Shown: positions 17,733-20,707 of the stretch, piece by piece | How positions within the stretch are numbered: position 1 is the stretch's first letter | Layout: every line of letters begins with the position of its first letter | DNA from: a virus | Taxonomy: Duplodnaviria; Heunggongvirae; Uroviricota; Caudoviricetes | Length of the DNA stretch: 20,707 bases | Reading direction: 5' to 3' (one strand) | Virus record (IMG/VR): IMGVR_UViG_3300022752_000033 | Location: 81,711 to 102,417 of that record | Position numbers and translations under genes: made by a program | Notes under the pieces: model-generated | Told to the model about the DNA's origin: nothing | Database searches by the model: none | The model's input: the letters and a program-made list of their open reading frames with translations, nothing else

Positions 17733-19568
17733 TTACGAAAAACTAACCGACTGAAAATTCTTTACTGAGACCCTAATATCTTTATTTGGAAATCTTATTT
17801 GATAAACCTGACTCGGTTCGGCAAATAATGTGTCATCCACAGTTCTAATTTCTCTTGTCTCAGAATCTAAATAAGACATTGACGTTTCCGCAGATGAATA
17901 TTGACCTCCAACATTATTGAAAACTTGTAAATCCGTAACGGTTATAACTCCATTTTGACTTTGAATTAAACCTTTTATCTCAGAAAGAAAAACATTTTGA
18001 CCCAATTGTCTTGATGCTGGGTCCATATAATTTGATATGTTATTAATAATCTCAGTAATAATTTGTCCTGAATTTTGTGTTGCCTCTAATACTACCGAAA
18101 CTGTCATGGATAAATCAATTACGTCAGCACTTTTAACTGAGATATAATCATTCATCATTCTATAGTTGGATAAATAATTTGCAATATTTTGTTTTAGAGT
18201 GTTTGAAACTACGCTCGTTAACTTACCAGTAGTATCAAAAGATAAAATTTGAATATCTATTTTATTATCTATTTCCGTAATCGCAACTTTTGCAGGTGCC
18301 CCGAATTGTGCCGGCATAGTTCTTAAAAGAGAATCGTAATCCTGAACCGTAACCGCCCTTTTTTGTGCGGCAAAATTAAAAGAAACAAAATTTCTAACTT
18401 CTTCAGTTGTAGGAGCATTAGAACCACCAACCGCAGCAGTCACGTTATTACATCTTAAAGAACCAACAACAGACGTATTTGTTGCCTCCGAAGGTCCATT
18501 AACAAAAAATGAAACCGTACCTATTTGATTGATAACGTTTACCCCTAAATTAGTTTGCAAACCACCACCAATCCTATATTGTATAAATAATGTTGAATTA
18601 GGTGTTAACGTAGAACCAAGAGAAAAGTTATTAAAATATGTTTGCAAATTGAGTGGATTACCAAACCCTGTAAATTGGTTTAATGATTCCTGAGCCGAAT
18701 TTGTTCCTCCACCAAAAACCATTCTTTTATACCCCTCAGGTGTAAACTCAGAAATGAATCTATTATTTGTTTGAATATACTTACCAACTTTAGTGCCCGG
18801 TTGGTCGGAAACTTTTGTAGGGTCTTCAACAAATACTCTATCTTCCGCCAAAGCGTCTACTTCATACCATCTATTTTGAGCCCCTAAAAATTCCGCAGTA
18901 GTTGGTATATTACCATAGTCAGTACCATTTTTCAATAACACGCTTGTAATACCTAAAACATTTTTCTCAGGTAAAAATAACTCAAAGAAAGGTCTAACAT
19001 CACCAGCATTTATAATTCTCTTATAAACTTTTGTAATACCATTAACAACCAACTCTCGTTTTGTTATTGTATAATTTATTAAAACATTATTACTATTGAA
19101 GTTAGGTATCTTTAATCTATTGGGATATCCTTGAGAATTGTATGGACTAGCAAAATCTATGTCGTACACATTTTCAAATGCTTGTCCCGCACCTTGTATC
19201 TGTGAACCACGATACAAAATTCCAAGATATCTTTCATCCTCCTTATCCCCAAACGCAGGAACGGTTATTGAAAAATCAACAAGAGATACTGACGGTCTTA
19301 ATCCGGGAATCTTTAACCCATAGGTTCTGGCAATATTATATATTGAAGATTTTTGCTGAGCGTAAAGTAATACGGTTTCCTGTATACTCCTATCAATATG
19401 ATAGTGTAAGTTATCCGCAACCGCAGCGTTTAAATCCAAGAAAACTGAGAATACCGAAGCATCACTAAAATCTTGAATTAAATCGGGGTAATAAGCACGA
19501 ACATAATTATAAAGTTCCAACCTTATTCCTTCAAAATCCCTAACTGTATATGATATTTTTTTTGCCAT
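17733..19568 (-). CDS. gp6: Baseplate wedge subunit, T4 gp6 / baseplate J-like (611 aa)
   Basis: The N-terminal RDFEGIRLEL...FSDASVFSVFLDLNAAVADNLHYHID and the AAVGG...TTEEVR...FAAQKRAVTVQDY motifs are typical of gp6/J-family wedge proteins. It is adjacent to a gp25-like gene. Confidence 0.88.
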   Translation of the reverse strand: MAKKISYTVRDFEGIRLELYNYVRAYYPDLIQDFSDASVFSVFLDLNAAVADNLHYHIDRSIQETVLLYAQQKSSIYNIARTYGLKIPGLRPSVSLVDFSITVPAFGDKEDERYLGILYRGSQIQGAGQAFENVYDIDFASPYNSQGYPNRLKIPNFNSNNVLINYTITKRELVVNGITKVYKRIINAGDVRPFFELFLPEKNVLGITSVLLKNGTDYGNIPTTAEFLGAQNRWYEVDALAEDRVFVEDPTKVSDQPGTKVGKYIQTNNRFISEFTPEGYKRMVFGGGTNSAQESLNQFTGFGNPLNLQTYFNNFSLGSTLTPNSTLFIQYRIGGGLQTNLGVNVINQIGTVSFFVNGPSEATNTSVVGSLRCNNVTAAVGGSNAPTTEEVRNFVSFNFAAQKRAVTVQDYDSLLRTMPAQFGAPAKVAITEIDNKIDIQILSFDTTGKLTSVVSNTLKQNIANYLSNYRMMNDYISVKSADVIDLSMTVSVVLEATQNSGQIITEIINNISNYMDPASRQLGQNVFLSEIKGLIQSQNGVITVTDLQVFNNVGGQYSSAETSMSYLDSETREIRTVDDTLFAEPSQVYQIRFPNKDIRVSVKNFQSVSFS

Positions 19569-19573
19569 TATTA

Positions 19574-20041
19574 TTAAATATTTATTATTACAAAATCACT
19601 TTGAGAGAAGGTTGAAGAGTCTGTAGAATAATCAATCCTAATTTTTGCCGTATAGTCCGCAGTACCTTTACCCGGTACTCTAAAAATATATGGTAATTCG
19701 TCAGATTTTATATTTTGAGCCCCAATTGGACCTTCATCCTCAATACTCGCCGGTTCTATCGTTATACTATTAACAATTAAATTCGGCATAAAAGAATTTA
19801 TCGCGTCTCTAATATCTGTCTCTATTGCACTAAAAGTTAAATTATCAAAAGGTTCAAATATAAATTCATATATTCTTGTACCAAATGTTGGTAAATAATA
19901 ACGACTACCTCTTCTAGTTAAAATTAAATGTAATAGTGCAGCTCTAACTTCATCTTTTTGGAATTCCGTTAATTGTAAATAATCTCCTTTTCTAGAATCT
20001 CTAAACGGAAAATTTATACCATATGTTATACCTTCTGCCAT
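19574..20041 (-). CDS. gp25: Baseplate wedge subunit, GPW/gp25 family (155 aa)
   Basis: YGINFPF...VRAALLHLILTRRGSRYYLPTFGTRIYEFIFEP...IRDAINSFMPNLIVNSITIE is the gp25-family pattern, and the size fits. Confidence 0.9.
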   Translation of the reverse strand: MAEGITYGINFPFRDSRKGDYLQLTEFQKDEVRAALLHLILTRRGSRYYLPTFGTRIYEFIFEPFDNLTFSAIETDIRDAINSFMPNLIVNSITIEPASIEDEGPIGAQNIKSDELPYIFRVPGKGTADYTAKIRIDYSTDSSTFSQSDFVIINI

Positions 20042-20053
20042 ATAAATAAATAT
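20042..20053 (-). promoter_or_regulatory. TATTTATTTAT motif abutting the gp25 start
   Basis: The coding strand reads GTATATTTATTTATATG, with the same core as the other upstream motifs. Confidence 0.45.
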
Positions 20054-20060
20054 ACCGACA

Positions 20061-20237
20061 TTATTTTTTTATTGTAGTATTCCCTTTTTGTGCTTTGGGT
20101 TCAAAAGCACAATGTCTGCAATTATTTCCACAACAATACCCCCTATCAATATGATATTGTTCCGTAAACACTAATCTTGTCTCATCCATATAATAATGAG
20201 AAGGGAGAAGTTTAGGGGGTTTTTTTGTATTTTTCAT
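20061..20237 (-). CDS. DUF5522-like small Cys-cluster protein (58 aa)
   Basis: Manual translation: MKNTKKPPKLLPSHYYMDETRLVFTEQYHIDRGYCCGNNCRHCAFEPKAQKGNTTIKK*. The YY...VFT..YH..RGYCCG..CRHC pattern matches DUF5522 as I recall it. It is below the ORF-track size cutoff. An alternative start is ATG 20189. Confidence 0.8.
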   Translation of the reverse strand: MKNTKKPPKLLPSHYYMDETRLVFTEQYHIDRGYCCGNNCRHCAFEPKAQKGNTTIKK

Positions 20238-20707
20238 TCATTCCAAATTTAAATTCATCAATATTTTCAATAGGTAATTTATTTGTTTTATTTGTTTCTG
20301 CAACCTGATTACAAAGATAAATAAACATATCTTGGGGGTATATATTTTTCATAATATTAATATGTTTATGAACCCACTGAACATTACCAACAACGTACCC
20401 TAATGAACTATCAATTCTATCTAATGATGCGGTATGCGTTTTGTCATTCCAACTTTTTGGTAAGGTTATGTTTATACCACATAAATTACACTTCCCATCT
20501 TGTTTGGAAAACAAATTGTTTAAGTATTCTTTTGTCACATTAAACTCTAAGTTGTTTCTTTTGATTCTATTGTGAACTTTCATACTTGTTATTTTATACC
20601 ACATATTTCCCGTTATACCGCAAACTTTGTTTTTACATCCACAAGAAACTATTTTCCCTTCTCTTAGGTGTGTTCCAAATATTTTTTCTCTATCCCACAT
20701 TCACATC
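20212..20707 (-). CDS. HNH/His-Me finger homing-endonuclease-like protein, 5'-truncated by the window and apparently frameshifted at 20682-20687
   Basis: C-terminal CNLCG...SLDRIDSSLGYVVGNVQWVHKHINIMK nuclease motif. The N-terminal CECGIEKK is in a different frame from IFGTHLREGKIVSCGC, and the two join across an A6 run. Confidence 0.75.

Noticed and set aside
7388-19468. Short nested ORFs in the track (7388-7573, 7613-7813, 9188-9439, 12576-12788, 13470-13706, 15516-15710, 15691-15933, 16748-16954, 19138-19323, 19178-19468)
   Set aside because: All lie inside long, motif-bearing genes in another frame or strand and show no recognisable protein features.
1-20707. Alternative genetic code (TAG or TGA recoding, as in some large phages)
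   Set aside because: ORFs up to 1844 aa are intact in code 11, and TAA, TAG and TGA all occur at plausible gene ends.
1-20707. Eukaryotic or giant-virus origin suggested by the mucin-like and Cys-rich proteins
   Set aside because: Bacterial-style stop/start coupling, no introns, and gp25/gp6 baseplate genes point to a prokaryotic contractile-tail system.

Overview
AT-rich window with 13 tightly packed genes, all on the minus strand. It reads as the baseplate/adsorption module of a large T4-like contractile-tailed phage. A Bacteroidota host is inferred from SprB repeats and the absence of Shine-Dalgarno motifs. In transcription order (right to left): an HNH-type endonuclease cut by the window edge and apparently frameshifted; a 58-aa DUF5522-like Cys-cluster gene missed by the ORF track; a gp25-like wedge protein; a gp6-like wedge protein; an 1844-aa protein with a hydrophobic helical hairpin; four uncharacterised proteins (571, 266, 358 with a PKD-like motif, 301 aa); a 993-aa protein with a P2 gpI/T4 gp7-like wedge core; a 716-aa SprB-repeat protein; an 85-aa single SprB-like repeat; and a >=692-aa Cys-rich, Pro/Thr mucin-like protein missed by the ORF track because it runs off the left edge. 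Notable points: a C-terminal motif shared by the 993-aa and 716-aa proteins, a recurring TATTTAT upstream motif (reverse complement of the T4 late promoter), and the HNH frameshift. No rRNA, tRNA or CRISPR array was seen. All family assignments are from motif recognition by eye, not database searches.
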